Translations under genes and position numbers: made by a program
Shown here: piece after piece, positions 1 to 12,000 of the stretch
How the letters are laid out: each line of letters opens with the position of its first letter
Position numbering within the stretch: the stretch's first letter is position 1
Notes under the pieces: model-generated
What the model saw: the letters and a program-made list of their open reading frames with translations, nothing else
Told to the model about the DNA's origin: nothing
Database searches by the model: none
DNA from: Camelus dromedarius
Taxonomy: Eukaryota
Direction of reading: 5' to 3'
DNA length: 64,000 nt
Assembly: GCF_036321535.1 (NCBI RefSeq)
Contig: NC_087472.1
Location: 93,684,001 to 93,748,000 of the forward strand

Positions 1-197
1 GCTCAGAAGCAAAAATTTCTTTCCCTGATACGCCTATAATTTTACAACTCTTGCGATTGAGTTTATCTGATCTGGTGTTCAGAACTAAGTGGCACTGGTA
101 TCAGCTAAGAATTCGATAGGCTTTCCCCCTATGTTCATTGTCAGCCAGGGCTCCTTGAGGGTCACTGGAGTGTCAGCTTAGGAACCCTCTGTCCCCA
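1..197 (-). pseudogene. pro: Retroviral protease N-terminus (disrupted)
   Basis: Minus strand reads ...VTLKEPWLTMNIGGKPIEFLADTSAT*. DTS at 94-102 corresponds to the D-T-G active site of class I ERV proteases; frameshift and stop present. Confidence 0.85.
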
Positions 198-1745
198 TCA
201 TTCTTCATCTACTTGGACGATCTGCCTTCGAGGGTGGTGGCCAGGATTTGCCTTTTCCATCTCCCTTCAGGGGTGGTGAGGGCATTTTCTCTTCCAGTGT
301 CCCTCTTATTTACATATGGTGCACTGATTGGGTCCTAGTTTCCTTGGTTTGTTATCCCTTGTTGTGGACCTGGGGTCACTCACCTGAGTTGAGTGTCTCC
401 ATAGGCAGTTAGTCCAGATTCCTGTGCCAGCGGGTTGCCATTGGAGGACAACAGCCAGTAGGTGGGCTTGCCTCTGGGCCTTTTTGTCTTCTGACTTTTC
501 CTTCTCTGTATCTCAGTTTTTAAATACCCAGTAGGCAGTCTTGACCAGGCCAAAGGTAGGGGTATCTGGTTCCATTTCTAGTTTTTGAAGTTTATGTCTA
601 ATGTTGGGGTCACTTTGGGAAATGAAATATGACCTCAGGATTGCATTCCAAGCAGTTACTCAGGGTCAGTTATAGTATGGATTCAGACGCATTCCCCTGA
701 GGCACTCTAGGAATGCCAAAGGGTTTTCTGTTGGCTCCTGATTGATTTCCTTTTTCTTATTCTGACAGGTTTCTTTCTTATTCTGACAGGTTTCTTCCCT
801 GCTGCCTGGATTCCCTTTAGGATTATATTTTTATGATGGGTCATCCTATGTCTTCCACCCCTTTCTCCATTGTCTTGATGGTCCCAATTGGGGCCATTAT
901 CTGGGATCACTTGATTCCCTGCTCTGAGAATAGAATGGCCTTCATTGCTTCTGTTCTTTTTGTCTGCTTCCTCTCAGGCTTTCGAAAAGGCCATGGCCTT
1001 TTCTTCCCCCATTAGGAGTACATTGAGGGGGCTCTGGCTGTCAGCCCTGGTGGGGTCATGGATCTGAAAGACTCCCCTAATCAGATTCAGCAACCCCTCT
1101 GAATCGTCCCTTAGCCCGTTACTTTGACTTTTTCAGTTACATATATCAGAAGTGGTAAATGGGACATATACCTGAATAAGCCCTCCTTCTCCATCAGGGA
1201 CCTGCCTCAAAGAGAGTACATTTCCTGGTGGGTTGTAGGACCCTGGCTGGTAATTAGTCCTTCTTCGTGTACTTGCTGGACTGGGTTCTGGGGGATGGGG
1301 CTGCTATGGAGGGGGACCCTCAGGCCTGTGGCACAAATCAGGATATATAAAGGAAGAGGGGAGGGAGGGAGCAGTAAAAGGAGGGTTAGGGAGGAGATCA
1401 AGGAGGCCCTCAAGAGGAGGGTCAAGGACTGGTATTGCCTCACTGGAGGAGAGCCCACATCCCTTTTGAAAGCCTTTGTTCTGATAAAAGGCCATAAAAA
1501 ACCGGACACAGGGAATTTCATCCTATTTCTTTTGTCTCTGGCCTAGTCGGTCCAGTTGTAAAATGATGTAATTTAGAGACCCACTGATGGGCCAACTTTC
1601 CCCATTTCCCAGCCAGTATTGTAGCCAGGCTGTATTACATAGGAAAATTAAATGTTTTGGGGTCAGGGTGATACCTGAAAAACTTCCAGTTCTATGAGAT
1701 GCACCCTAACATGCTATCCAGTATGGTGGACATTTGGTTTTCCAT
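198..1745 (-). pseudogene. gag: Retroviral gag (disrupted)
   Basis: ATG at 1745 gives MENQMSTILDSMLGCIS*NWK; matrix-like LTPKHLIFLCNTAWLQYWLGNGESWPISGSLNY; IYPDL and PPP* (decayed PPPY) at ~1304-1350; capsid end SYFISQSDPNIRHKLQKLEMEPDTP (~560-635); CCHC knuckle CTICK*EGHWKRKC at 282-323; in-frame TGA at 198-200. Confidence 0.92.
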
Positions 1746-2044
1746 ATTTTAGATTTTGATTTATTTCCAACTACCAAGGGGGACAGTTGGAGTGATTTCT
1801 TGGCACGCAGTTGCCACAAGATATGACCCAAATAAGATTTCTGGTTTGGGAAATTTGGAACCAACACCAAACTGTTAAAGGATTCCTCAAAAGACCAAAA
1901 TAGGTGTCCAGGTGGCATGGACTCTGATATAACTGGGGATCCCCTTGAATTTGCAACAGCCTGTGCTTGAGATAGTCCCTCCTCATTCAGAATATCCACC
2001 CAGAAGTTAGATGGGACTGCCTCCAGGGCAGAGTAGATAGCCAT
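1706..2044 (-). CDS. Open 112-aa pre-gag ORF in the ERV leader, function unknown
   Basis: ATG-initiated and stop-free. It overlaps the gag ATG (1745) in a different frame. No recognisable homology; coding status unproven. Confidence 0.3.
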   Translation of the reverse strand: MAIYSALEAVPSNFWVDILNEEGLSQAQAVANSRGSPVISESMPPGHLFWSFEESFNSLVLVPNFPNQKSYLGHILWQLRAKKSLQLSPLVVGNKSKSKIWKTKCPPYWIAC

Positions 2045-3185
2045 GTTTGTTCCTGACCAACATGGTCAATTAGAGAGTGGCACAGCTGTATGAGACAGAG
2101 GTCTCCTTTTTCCTCCTTTTGGCCAAAAAGGAGTTTTTAAACTTCCCACCAGCTGAGAGCTAAAAGCACAAAGTACTCACCAAATCACTGGGGCAGCTGG
2201 CATTCTGTGCTGATCTTTGGAGGAACACCCATGGAACCTCAGTCAGTAAAGAATCATCCAAGTTTCGCCTTACGAGCAGGACAGGGGAGGCAAGGTCAGG
2301 CGATGGGTATTTCCTGTTCTCACCAGCAGCTCACAGGGTTTTCTGATAATGGGGTTCCTGGTCTTGTGAGCAGCTCACAGGGCTCCCTGGCCCACTTCAT
2401 AGAAACTAGTGTTGACCAGAAGAGGTTAGGTCATCAGTTGCATTGGGACCCTTTCACAGCTGAGTGAAAGGGTGCCTTCCCTGGTGCCTTTTCCTGATCC
2501 CATATTAAGCATCCTCATTCCATTTTGTCTGGTGGACCTTATTACCTGGGCCTTTTCCCGGTCTTACCTCTTGGCTCATGGACCTGGCCACTTTCCTTTA
2601 CCAAACTGAAAGTGACCATGGAGAATGCTACTGTTGACCCCTGAGGTCGGTAAAGAGGGCAAAAATCCCTGGTGCAGCCACTATTGCCTGGGATAGGGGT
2701 CATGAGGACAGCACTACTGGTGGGATAGCAGGCAGGACTACCATGGCTCCCTCTCATGCACAGGTCCCCACTGTCCCTGGTTGTCCAGTACTGTGGGAAG
2801 GCCAGCTGGAGGCAGCACAAAGATGTGTGAGTTTTAGTCTCTGATCCCCAATGATGCCACAGTATTATCCCCTCAAGGGGGTGTGGTCCAGGTGACTCTC
2901 TAGAGGCTATGCTGTGTGCACACCATACCTAGGTATCAGGTTGCTGGGCAGAGTTGCTCTGAATTCAGCCAAAGGCTACCATCTTTATACCCCATTAGGG
3001 TGTACTCAAAGGTCAGTCATCCTCATGCGACCCTCCCAAAGCCTCCGCTGTCCTCCCACTGGGGCCTAGTGGATAGGTGCAGGAAAAAGGCCATGGTAAG
3101 TCCCTTTGTTGTGGCCAAAATTTGTTATTGACTCTTTTGAACCAGACCCCAATAAGGACCCTTCTGCCTGGTGTCCTTCGTGCCA

Positions 3186-3715
3186 ATAGAAGGAGGCCGA
3201 GTTGAGTTCAGAAGCAAAGTCTCATTCTTTCATCAAAGAATGGAGAGGTGTGAGCTCATGCTCTAAAGTACACACTCTCTCCAGCAGGTCGTTAGCAGGG
3301 CTGCTTTATAGGGTTCTTGTCTACAGAGGGAGAAGTGGAGTCTTTGAAGGTTTCACACAATCATGTTGCTCACAATGCTCCAGATCAAAGTGCCAGATGC
3401 AGCATCTCTGCACATGGTGTGCTGTTGCCATCTTGAATTGGAATGTCGTGCACAGTGCTTCTGCACATGCTCACCAAGTTGGGGTGTCAGGCACAGCAGT
3501 TCTGCGTTGGGAACTCTCATATGACATATTAGGTGTAAGGCCTGTACACATGGCCTTCTATAGGCAAGTGAAGAGGTTAGGCCATATCTTATCACCTAGA
3601 TTCCATCTTATTTTTCCCGAATGTCCCAGTGGGTTTTGCCAATGGCTGAAGCACATGAGAAGGACTCAACTTCTGTGCATCAGACAAAGTTTTTCTTTCC
3701 TTATTCTCTGTAACA
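3186..3715 (-). mobile_element. 5' LTR of the ERV1 provirus
   Basis: Starts TGTTACAGAG on the minus strand; TATAAA at ~3305-3310; degenerate polyA-signal position at ~3225-3232; followed by TGG at ~3183-3185. Confidence 0.85.
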
Positions 3716-5335
3716 CAATGTTAGGAGTAAAAACTCTTAATGACTCATATACACTTTAGACAGATTCAGTAAGTCCGTATAATAACTTGGTAAGGTATTT
3801 GGCCATAGTATCACAAGTGTTTTGAGTTGACAGTTTGAATCATTAATTTTGAACCTGTAGTTCCACATCTAGGAATTTCCCTAGATAACAAATATGTGTA
3901 CAAAGATCTATGTACAAGAATATTCACTTCAGTATTATGATTATGAGCTACATAATACCATGCTGCATTTAAGATGATGCTGTGGAACATATTTAATGGC
4001 AATGAATAGTGTAAATAATAAATGAAAAAAATTACAAATTAAAATAGGTAACACTATCTCACTTTTGAAAGAAAAGTATGTATATGTGTATAGAAAATAC
4101 CAAGCTATATATACACATATATATGAGTGTATATATATTTATACTGAATGTATATATGTTCAGAGTGGTTATCTCTAGATGGTAATACTGAGAAAAAACT
4201 TGAAAAATTTGTCCATATTTAATTTTATGTGTACATATATTCTTCCTGAAAATAAACAGACTAACCTTTTTTGGTATTTTATAAAAGCCATTTTATTTCA
4301 TATTCATCCATAGAATTCCTTATAAAATTATTTATACATCTGCTTCCCTGCAGAGGCAAATACTGAAACACGTTAAATTAACTCTCTTTCTCTCCCTCTC
4401 CCCACTCATCTCCCTCTCTCCTTTCTTTTCTTTGGCACCTCTCTTTGGCCTATCATTATAATCAAAATCCCCAGAATGAGTCATAAAGTCTAGCTCCAAA
4501 TGCCCTAGATACTTCTTGTAATTGATTTTGAAGTTACCAAAATTTGGAAATACTCATTCATTCTATTTTCAGTATAATCAAAACATTCCCATGACTGATC
4601 TTAATTGCAGTTTTATTTTCCCACCTTATCTTAGCTAGAAACCACCCTTGCCAATTTTATTACAGTATAGTAAAAACTGAGACTCACGTAAGTTTCAAGA
4701 CATCCCAGGAAGTGATTATTTACACAAAACCTTCACAGTATTTCTGTGACCCTCTTACCACAGCATCAGTGAAAAATTTCTCATTGATACTTTATTGTAT
4801 GAGAAATGGTTATTACTATTTTTGTAGATTACTATTTTTGTAGGACATATTTCTTTTTCAATGTCAATTGGCTGGTCAATGAAACTTGGTTATTCTAGTT
4901 TCCCCAAAGTGAAGCACTAACAAGTCTCTTAAGATTCTCACTCCAATTTACTAAATCTTAATATTCTCCTTAATTATAGTGGTAATATGGTTTTTGATTA
5001 CATTCAATCAGAAAGTATATATTAATCACCTACAACAAGGTAGCATAATACCAGGAATATTAGGAAAACACACATAAATAGGGAAAAAAAACATTGTATT
5101 AGATGAAACTGATTATTGCTTCATTCTCTGACATAGTCTTGTTGATATCTCTTCTAGCAGTCTGCCCTGTATGGCTACTCTCTCATACGGTGAAACAATC
5201 CTTACTGAGTCTAAGTCAATTATCCTTAAACTAGATTTCAGGGTGTTCACAGACACCTGTCATTTTACTAAAATTATAAGCAAAGCCAAATGCACATTTT
5301 ATCTGGTAACATGGGTTTTCATCAGATTCTCTGAA

Positions 5336-5460
5336 GCAGTGCTTGTTAACCATGAGCTACACATTAGGAGTATCTAGAGAATTTTTAGAAGTTACCTGTG
5401 CCATCAACTCATCCCAGACCAAATAAATTGTTATCTCTGGGGATGGTCTAAGGGCTCAGA
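5336..5460. mobile_element. MER5-like hAT-Charlie fragment
   Basis: cagtgcttgttaac...cccagaccaaataaattgttatctctgggg resembles MER5 termini and body. Confidence 0.5.
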
Positions 5461-5686
5461 TCCAGAAAAATCTTAAAGGAGCCATTCTAGATGATGGAGT
5501 CCACCTTAATGATGAGCCACAATACAATAGGTATGCAAAACCCTGACAACACAGGGTCTTATCTCCTCAAATAATCCATTCCAAAGAGTTGTGATTGGCA
5601 GCAAGATCTAAGTGAGTTTCTTCTTATGTATGCTAAAATCCACCCTGAAGGCGGAAGGAGACTTGGGAAGGTTATGTTAGGAGGTA

Positions 5687-5730
5687 GTGTGTGTGTGTGT
5701 GTGTGTGTGTGTTTGTGTGTGCGTGTGTGT
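5687..5730. repeat. (GT)n microsatellite
   Basis: Direct observation. Confidence 0.95.
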
Positions 5731-7524
5731 ATGTATGAATTCACCTGATCAGATGTTGCAATAGCATGATTTATGTCTAAGGCATTGACTCCCCTATCTC
5801 AGCAACTTGATTTGTCTTTGAGCTTTAGAGAGGAAGAGGGTCTACGGCCTGAAGGGCAAGGATGATCCTTCTACTTGAGCTTTGATTACATAGAAGCTTT
5901 AACTTAACGAAGACCCTAGAAAATGCAGTGTCCTTTGGGTACTCAGATGCTAGGACATTAGGAACAAGAAATCGCAACATAGGGTTCACTGTCAGCACTT
6001 CCCAGAGGATTGAGTGGCAGTTTCAACCAGCTGGGAGAGAGTTGATTCTCAAGTGCTGTTGCAGGCTGTGAGCATCAGTAAAAGGGTTTGAAGTCGAGCA
6101 ATGGGAGAGGGCCTCTCATGAGCACGTCCAGATATAACTGGGAGAGGTCTAGGGGAAAGGGACTGAAGTTCTGCCTCAGCAGGTGGGAACCAGCATTATT
6201 AACTACTGAGTTACTAAGATTACATTTTAACTCATTAGTTAATAACGGTTGGGGAAACTTGGTTATAAATGTTTGAATTTCTTTTTAACAACTTTGTGAC
6301 ATAGATTTTATCCCCATTTTTACATAAAAGCAAAACAAAACTGGGCTTTGTCGTGTTAAATAACTTGAATTGGATATTTATTATGTACCATGCACTTTCA
6401 TTAGCAGAACACACTCAGAAATGCTCTCAGCTTCCTAGCTTCCATTCTTCACTTAATGAGATTCTGAAAGGTTTTTGCTTTGAAGTAAAGGAAGTAGACC
6501 AAGTATGAGATTCAGTACAACTATTAATCTTGAAAAACATGATAGTGTCTATCTAAGACAAGGATTCTGTATATTATTTCACAAGCTACCCATAGACATT
6601 CATTTCAGTATTTTAGTATTCCAATTGCTATGAATGCTAATCTTACTCCCAAATAAAATCTGTCTCTGTGTATTACTAAACATTGGAGAGAAATCTTGCA
6701 GCATGGTGGTTAGATTTATGTCAGAGCCCATCTTATTTAATTTTTCCCAGTTGTTTTCATGTTTATTCCAGCAAATTATGCTCTTTTAACAATTTGTGGT
6801 ATTTAGTAAGTCACACTTTAATCAGTGAGGAACAGTGTGAAAACAGTATGGAATTATCACTAAGCCCTGTGGTTTACTTTTTTGATTCAACTAAACCTCT
6901 TCAGGTTTCTGATAATAGCTATTAGACAAAAAATGAAAATATGAAAAATCAAGAAACAAATGCAAATATAAACATATTCTAAAACCATATTGCTATTGAT
7001 TGCCAAAAAAACAATTAGAAAATAATTAGATGTGTACTTACATTTCTACTGACACTGAAACAACTACCTTCCATTCAACAAAATTCTCTGTCAGTATTAT
7101 AGCCATTTGTGGCTTTTGATGTATGGTATTTAAATCTACAAAACTATTTGTGTGGTGCACAGTTTTATAAAATAAAATCAGTCATAATTTTTATATGTGG
7201 TGTCAAAGAAGAGGGCCTTTCTTATTCTAAGGCATAATCATTGATCACAAAGGAACCATAAATGGAGGTTTAATTTATTAATTTGCCTGTGATTCTTCCC
7301 TACTGAGGACATTATCCTTATTCTGTCTCATGTATAAATGAATTTTAAAGATGAGATGACTTATAAATTAATAGTATTTTCCCAACAGAATTTTGTTATG
7401 CTTTATCCTTACTCATTATCATTATAATGATGACTGAACATTATATCCCATATCTTTATCATCTTTGTACTAAATACAGAAACACTTTGAAACCAGGTAG
7501 GATGGAACATTTGAGAAAAATTGC

Positions 7525-7730
7525 ATAGTGTTTAAGAATTGCTGAGATGTCAGCCATTGCATTATCACTTGCTGTGTGGTCCTAAACAAGTTACTTAACC
7601 TCTGTGAATCTCAATTTCTTGTTTGTAAAATAATGATGACAGTAATACATTGGACTACTCTGAAGACTAAATGAAATAATGTATGTAACATGCTAACAAA
7701 GGAGCCTGGGTCATAGTGTGGATGGTCAAT
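7525..7730 (+). mobile_element. MIR SINE; tail appears to resume at ~8172-8200 after an MLT1 insertion
   Basis: MIR core caagttacttaacctctgtgaatctcaatttcttgtttgtaaaat. Confidence 0.8.
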
Positions 7731-8171
7731 TGTACTAATTGGTTTAAGTTTTTCACCCCTCCTTTTGTCATGTGACTTTTCAGTTTCTTCTGCTAGAGAG
7801 AGAGTGTATTTTCCTGATGCTTGACTTTGACCAATAGAAAAAAGAGGAAGTGAGTATTCTGGATCTTATCCTAAGCCTGAAGCCTCACGCATTCTGCTTG
7901 CACCCTTGTGCCTCTGCTAACACCATAAGTAGACTATTAAATGGTTAGGAGGTTTGAAAAGTGGAACAGTCATTGCAAACAACTCATAGACCTGCAGGGG
8001 AAAGTAGGGCCACACTGGCTGCCACAGCCTGAAACAGAAATGTCAAGCTGAGCCTACCCCCAGATCAGCCAAACCCTAGGCAACCCACAGACACATAAGC
8101 AGTCATAGTTTACTTTTTTACACCACTGGTTTTAGAGGTAGTTTGTTATGCAGCAAAAATTGACTGATACA
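7731..8171 (+). mobile_element. MLT1-type (ERVL-MaLR) solo LTR
   Basis: TG start and typical 3' end gtttgttatgcagcaaaaattgactgataca. Confidence 0.8.
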
Positions 8172-8809
8172 GTGTATGATCAATATATATTAGCTATTGC
8201 TGTGATTATAATATACTATCATTTGTTATAGAAGCCAAATAAAAATAAATAAAGCAAAGCAGTATGATAATCAGTAAGGTACAGAACTCTGTTTTCTAAA
8301 CCTGAAGTTGTTTTTAAAGAAATACTGTTTTATCTACTCCTGTTTGTTTTTGAAACTGCTGTTGGCAGACAGCACTTTTTTCAGGAAAAGGAAATGCAAA
8401 TGCTTGGGAGAGTTTTGTCTAATCTGCCACTTCTCCAAGGAAAATAGAATCCTGTAATAAACAGTCTTGTGATCACAGATGTATAAATGTAATGGCGATG
8501 CTACAAATACATCACACATGCAAACCTCAAATACATATCTCCCTCCTACATACTCTTCCACAAATATTCTGCTGCATCTCATGGAACGAATTGCAGCATT
8601 TCTTCCGGAAGCCTCAAGCTGTGGCTCTCTGCAGAAGCCAAGGCAGAAATATCCATTTGAGCTGTGACAGAGGGTGGGGTCAGGAGACAGAGGTTTTTAC
8701 AAGAAATTAAAGGGCAGAGCTGGGAGAAGAATTGAAGGCAAAGGTACTTAACTGTCCGAACTTTAAACTGCTCACAAATTTGAAGCTTTCAGAAGCATAT
8801 AAAAATAGA

Positions 8810-8884
8810 ATGTCCTTCAGCTGGATGCAGTGTAGGACTTGGATGCCTCCTTTTCGGGGTGCATACTGCATAGATATTTGGCAT
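8810..8884 (+). CDS. Candidate alternative first coding exon, MSFSWMQCRTWMPPFRGAYCIDIWH; host gene unidentified
   Basis: agaATG (A at -3), 25 open codons, then CAT|GTAAGC donor in phase 0. Lies in unique, motif-rich sequence. Confidence 0.35.
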
Positions 8885-10339
8885 GTAAGCTTGAGAAGTT
8901 TGTGATTTATGGTGTAAAAGAAGACTGCATGATCAAATCTGGTTTAAAATACAAATTAAAGATGTACTGTAATCCTGCACTGAACTGACTAGGTACTCTA
9001 AGAAATGGGCAACAATATTGTAATAAGGAATAAAATAATAATAAAATGTTTTTTAAAAGCTGTCCACCATTAAGTTAAATCGTGAATTCTGGAGGAAAAT
9101 TGCAGTTTGTTTCTATATATTGCTTTGCCCTTCAGCTCAGCTGTTGGCTCTGCATTAATATTCAGGCAGCATCAGTGCCAGTCCTGGTGATTCACTGAGG
9201 TATTATGAATATGCAGATGAGCAAGAGCTTTTATGTCTATCGTTTGGCTTTCTTAGATGTCTGAAGGAATAATTGGAGCCAATCAGCTGCTGATAACTTG
9301 TATACAGATAGCTATTGCTCTGGAACCTAAAACCATTTCTTAATTATTCTTATGCTAGGCCAAAAGTTTGATTTAAATCAATCTCTTGAAAATAATACTC
9401 CCAGTATTCTCTTAAATTGACCAACTTAGAAGTTGAAGTGTCATACTATTTTAACTTGTTAGATTACAATGATAGCATTTTGGAGTGAGCAGTACACAAA
9501 ATGTAATTTGTATTAGTCACTCACTTTTATTTGTCCTTGGGTCTTTATTAATTTTTCTTGGTTAAAAATCAGAGGTGCAGGAGCTGATAGTGTTCTGAGT
9601 AGATGAATTCGAGAGTTTCTGAAGTGTGGAGATAGGATAGACAGAAAAGAGGTTGTAGGAGAGAGAAAAAATAATTTATCATATTCATATCAAATTCATT
9701 TATCATCATATTGATCTTAAAGTCATATTAATATTAATGATACGTATTAAGAAAAAATAATAAACGCTAACATTTCTGTGTAAGTCCTTTCAACACAAGA
9801 ATAACTTTTACCAAGAAAAATAAAAGTATATAATAAATGAACTAGGTAAATTTTAAAATAAATTTTGGCAGCTCCTAATATATCTTGATTATGGATTTTG
9901 TAATGCAGTTTGATAATTTTAGTTTTGTTCTCAGTGTGACACAGTTAAAAAAGCTACAAAAAGATATATAATATTTTTATTACTGTGCCCTACGACTGAC
10001 TAGAGCATTTGTGGTCATTTTCTTTTGATGTTCTAGCACTGTCTCATTTCTATAAAGAGATAATTTTAAATTGCCACAGCTTGCTGAATGTATATAGAGA
10101 ACTACTCTATGTGTGAAATAACCAGTATTCTGCTAACATTTACCCACTTTGATTTAATTTAGAACTTATTTCAGCTATAGAAAATAATTTTAAAAATAAT
10201 ATTATATAGTTAGGTGATTCCTCTCTATCTAGAAAAAAGAGTTTTCTGGTTTTTATTAAAGTACTGGTAGCTCTGGCTTGGTTATGTTCTGGTTTTGTTG
10301 TTGTTACTGCTTTCACTGCTTTTTTGGTTTGTTTTTTTA

Positions 10340-10630
10340 ATCTCAGTTTGCTACAACAAAGGTTTATTTCTTGCACATGTTAATATACCACTCAGGTTGG
10401 TAGAGGAGCTGTGTTAATTATAGATATTTAGAGACCTAGGCTGATGGGGTCTCCCAGTTCACACGTGCTCCCCTGCTTATCATGTCAGAGGAGGAGCAGT
10501 CCTGGAGGGTCTTGCACCAGCACTCAAGTGCTCACATCCTGAAGTGACATATGTCAATTCTGCCTGTGACTCATTGAAATAGTCACATGGGCATACCTAC
10601 TTTCTAGGGGTGAAGACAGAAATAGAATGT
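10340..10630 (-). mobile_element. MLT1-type LTR fragment
   Basis: acaacaaaggtttatttcttgc...gaagtgacatatgtcaattctgcc...agtcacatgg is typical of the old MLT1 antisense strand. Confidence 0.7.
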
Positions 10631-11217
10631 TCTCATGAAAGAAAAGGAGAAAAGGAATATTTATGCACATTTATAATTTCAGCCCCATCACACACCATTC
10701 CTGGGTTCTCAGTAAAAAGGCCAAGTCATTTAAAAAAAAAAAGTCATATTTCAAGTTGAAGAACAAAAGCTCCAGAAGACTCCCAGGAATATTTAATAAT
10801 TGGTAAAAGCGGAGGTGTCTTATTTTCCTTTCTGGAAAAATGTGTGTGTATCTATGTTTCATTATTATTGTTTTCCCCATGAATGACTGAAAAATCATAT
10901 AAAGATAAAGTATACGAATATTTTATACATCAATGTATATATATACACATGTGTGCATATATATATATATATATTTGGAGCCAAATTGAGTTAAGGCTAG
11001 CCATACAAATGCTCAGCAGGAAAATCTATTACAAAGAGAACCTAAAATGTCAATGAAAATGTAAATATTGGCAACAATATATTTTTCAGAATTCCTTTTT
11101 GGAAGTTTACTGAGTACAATTACAGGACATATTTAATTTTGGCAAGCTACTTGGGGTGAGACAGCTATAAGGGGACAGGAGGCTTTTCTTCTTTCATACT
11201 CCTTCATTTAACATCCT

Positions 11218-12000
11218 TATTTTTTCCAGCTTTAGTGAGGAATGATTGACAAATAAAATTTGTATATATTTAAGAGATACAATCTGGTGTTTTAACATAT
11301 ATATACATTGGGAAATGATTACCACAGTGAAGCTAAATAGCATACGCACCACCTCATATAGTTACCATTTGTTTTCTGTAATGAGAACACTGAAGACCTA
11401 CTCTCTTAGCAAATTTCAAATATAGTACTTTTGATCGTAGCCACCGTTCTATATATTAGATCTCTAGAACTTATTCATCTTATAACTGAAAGTTGTATGC
11501 TTTTCCTCATCCTCTGGCAATCACCATTCTACTCTTTGTTACTATGAATTCAACATTTTTTTTTTCTGATTCCACATATAAGTGAGGTCGTGTCATACAG
11601 TATTTCTCTTTCTGTGTCTAACTTATTTCACTTAGCATAACGATCCCTGGTTCAACCATATTGTCACAAATGGCAGAATTTTCTTCTTTTTAAAAGTTGA
11701 ATAATATTCCATTGTGTATACATGCCACATTTTCTTTATCCAGCCATCTCTTGACAGACTCTTAGTTTGTTTCCATATCTTGGCTACTGTGAATAATGCT
11801 GCAGGGAACATGAAGAGTGCAGATATCACCGCAGATAGATTTTCTTTCCTTTGGATATATACCAAGAAGTGGGATTGCTAGATCATGTGGTAGTTATATT
11901 TTCATTTTTTTTGAGGAACCTCTGTACTGTTTACTGTAATTGCTATATCAATTTACATTCCCACTAACAGTGTAAAAGGATTCCTTATTCTGCATATCTT
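11218..12000 (-). mobile_element. L1 3' end (L1MA/MB-like)
   Basis: Antisense L1 3'UTR plus ORF2 tail peptide FPAALFTVAKIWKQ...WIKKMW. Confidence 0.92.

Larger units (their letters stand above)
1..3715 (-). mobile_element. Decayed class I (gammaretrovirus-like, ERV1) provirus, 5' part: LTR-leader-gag-pro; continues past the window start
   Basis: The minus strand shows an LTR starting TG at 3715, TGG at the PBS position, then matrix, capsid, zinc knuckle and protease motifs in canonical order. Confidence 0.95.

Noticed and set aside
1124..1546. 140-aa plus-strand ORF and G-rich (G4-like) tract
   Set aside because: It is the antisense of the proline-rich part of gag.
3202..3759. 185-aa plus-strand ORF
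   Set aside because: TTG start, antisense across the LTR, no recognisable protein features; most likely a chance ORF.
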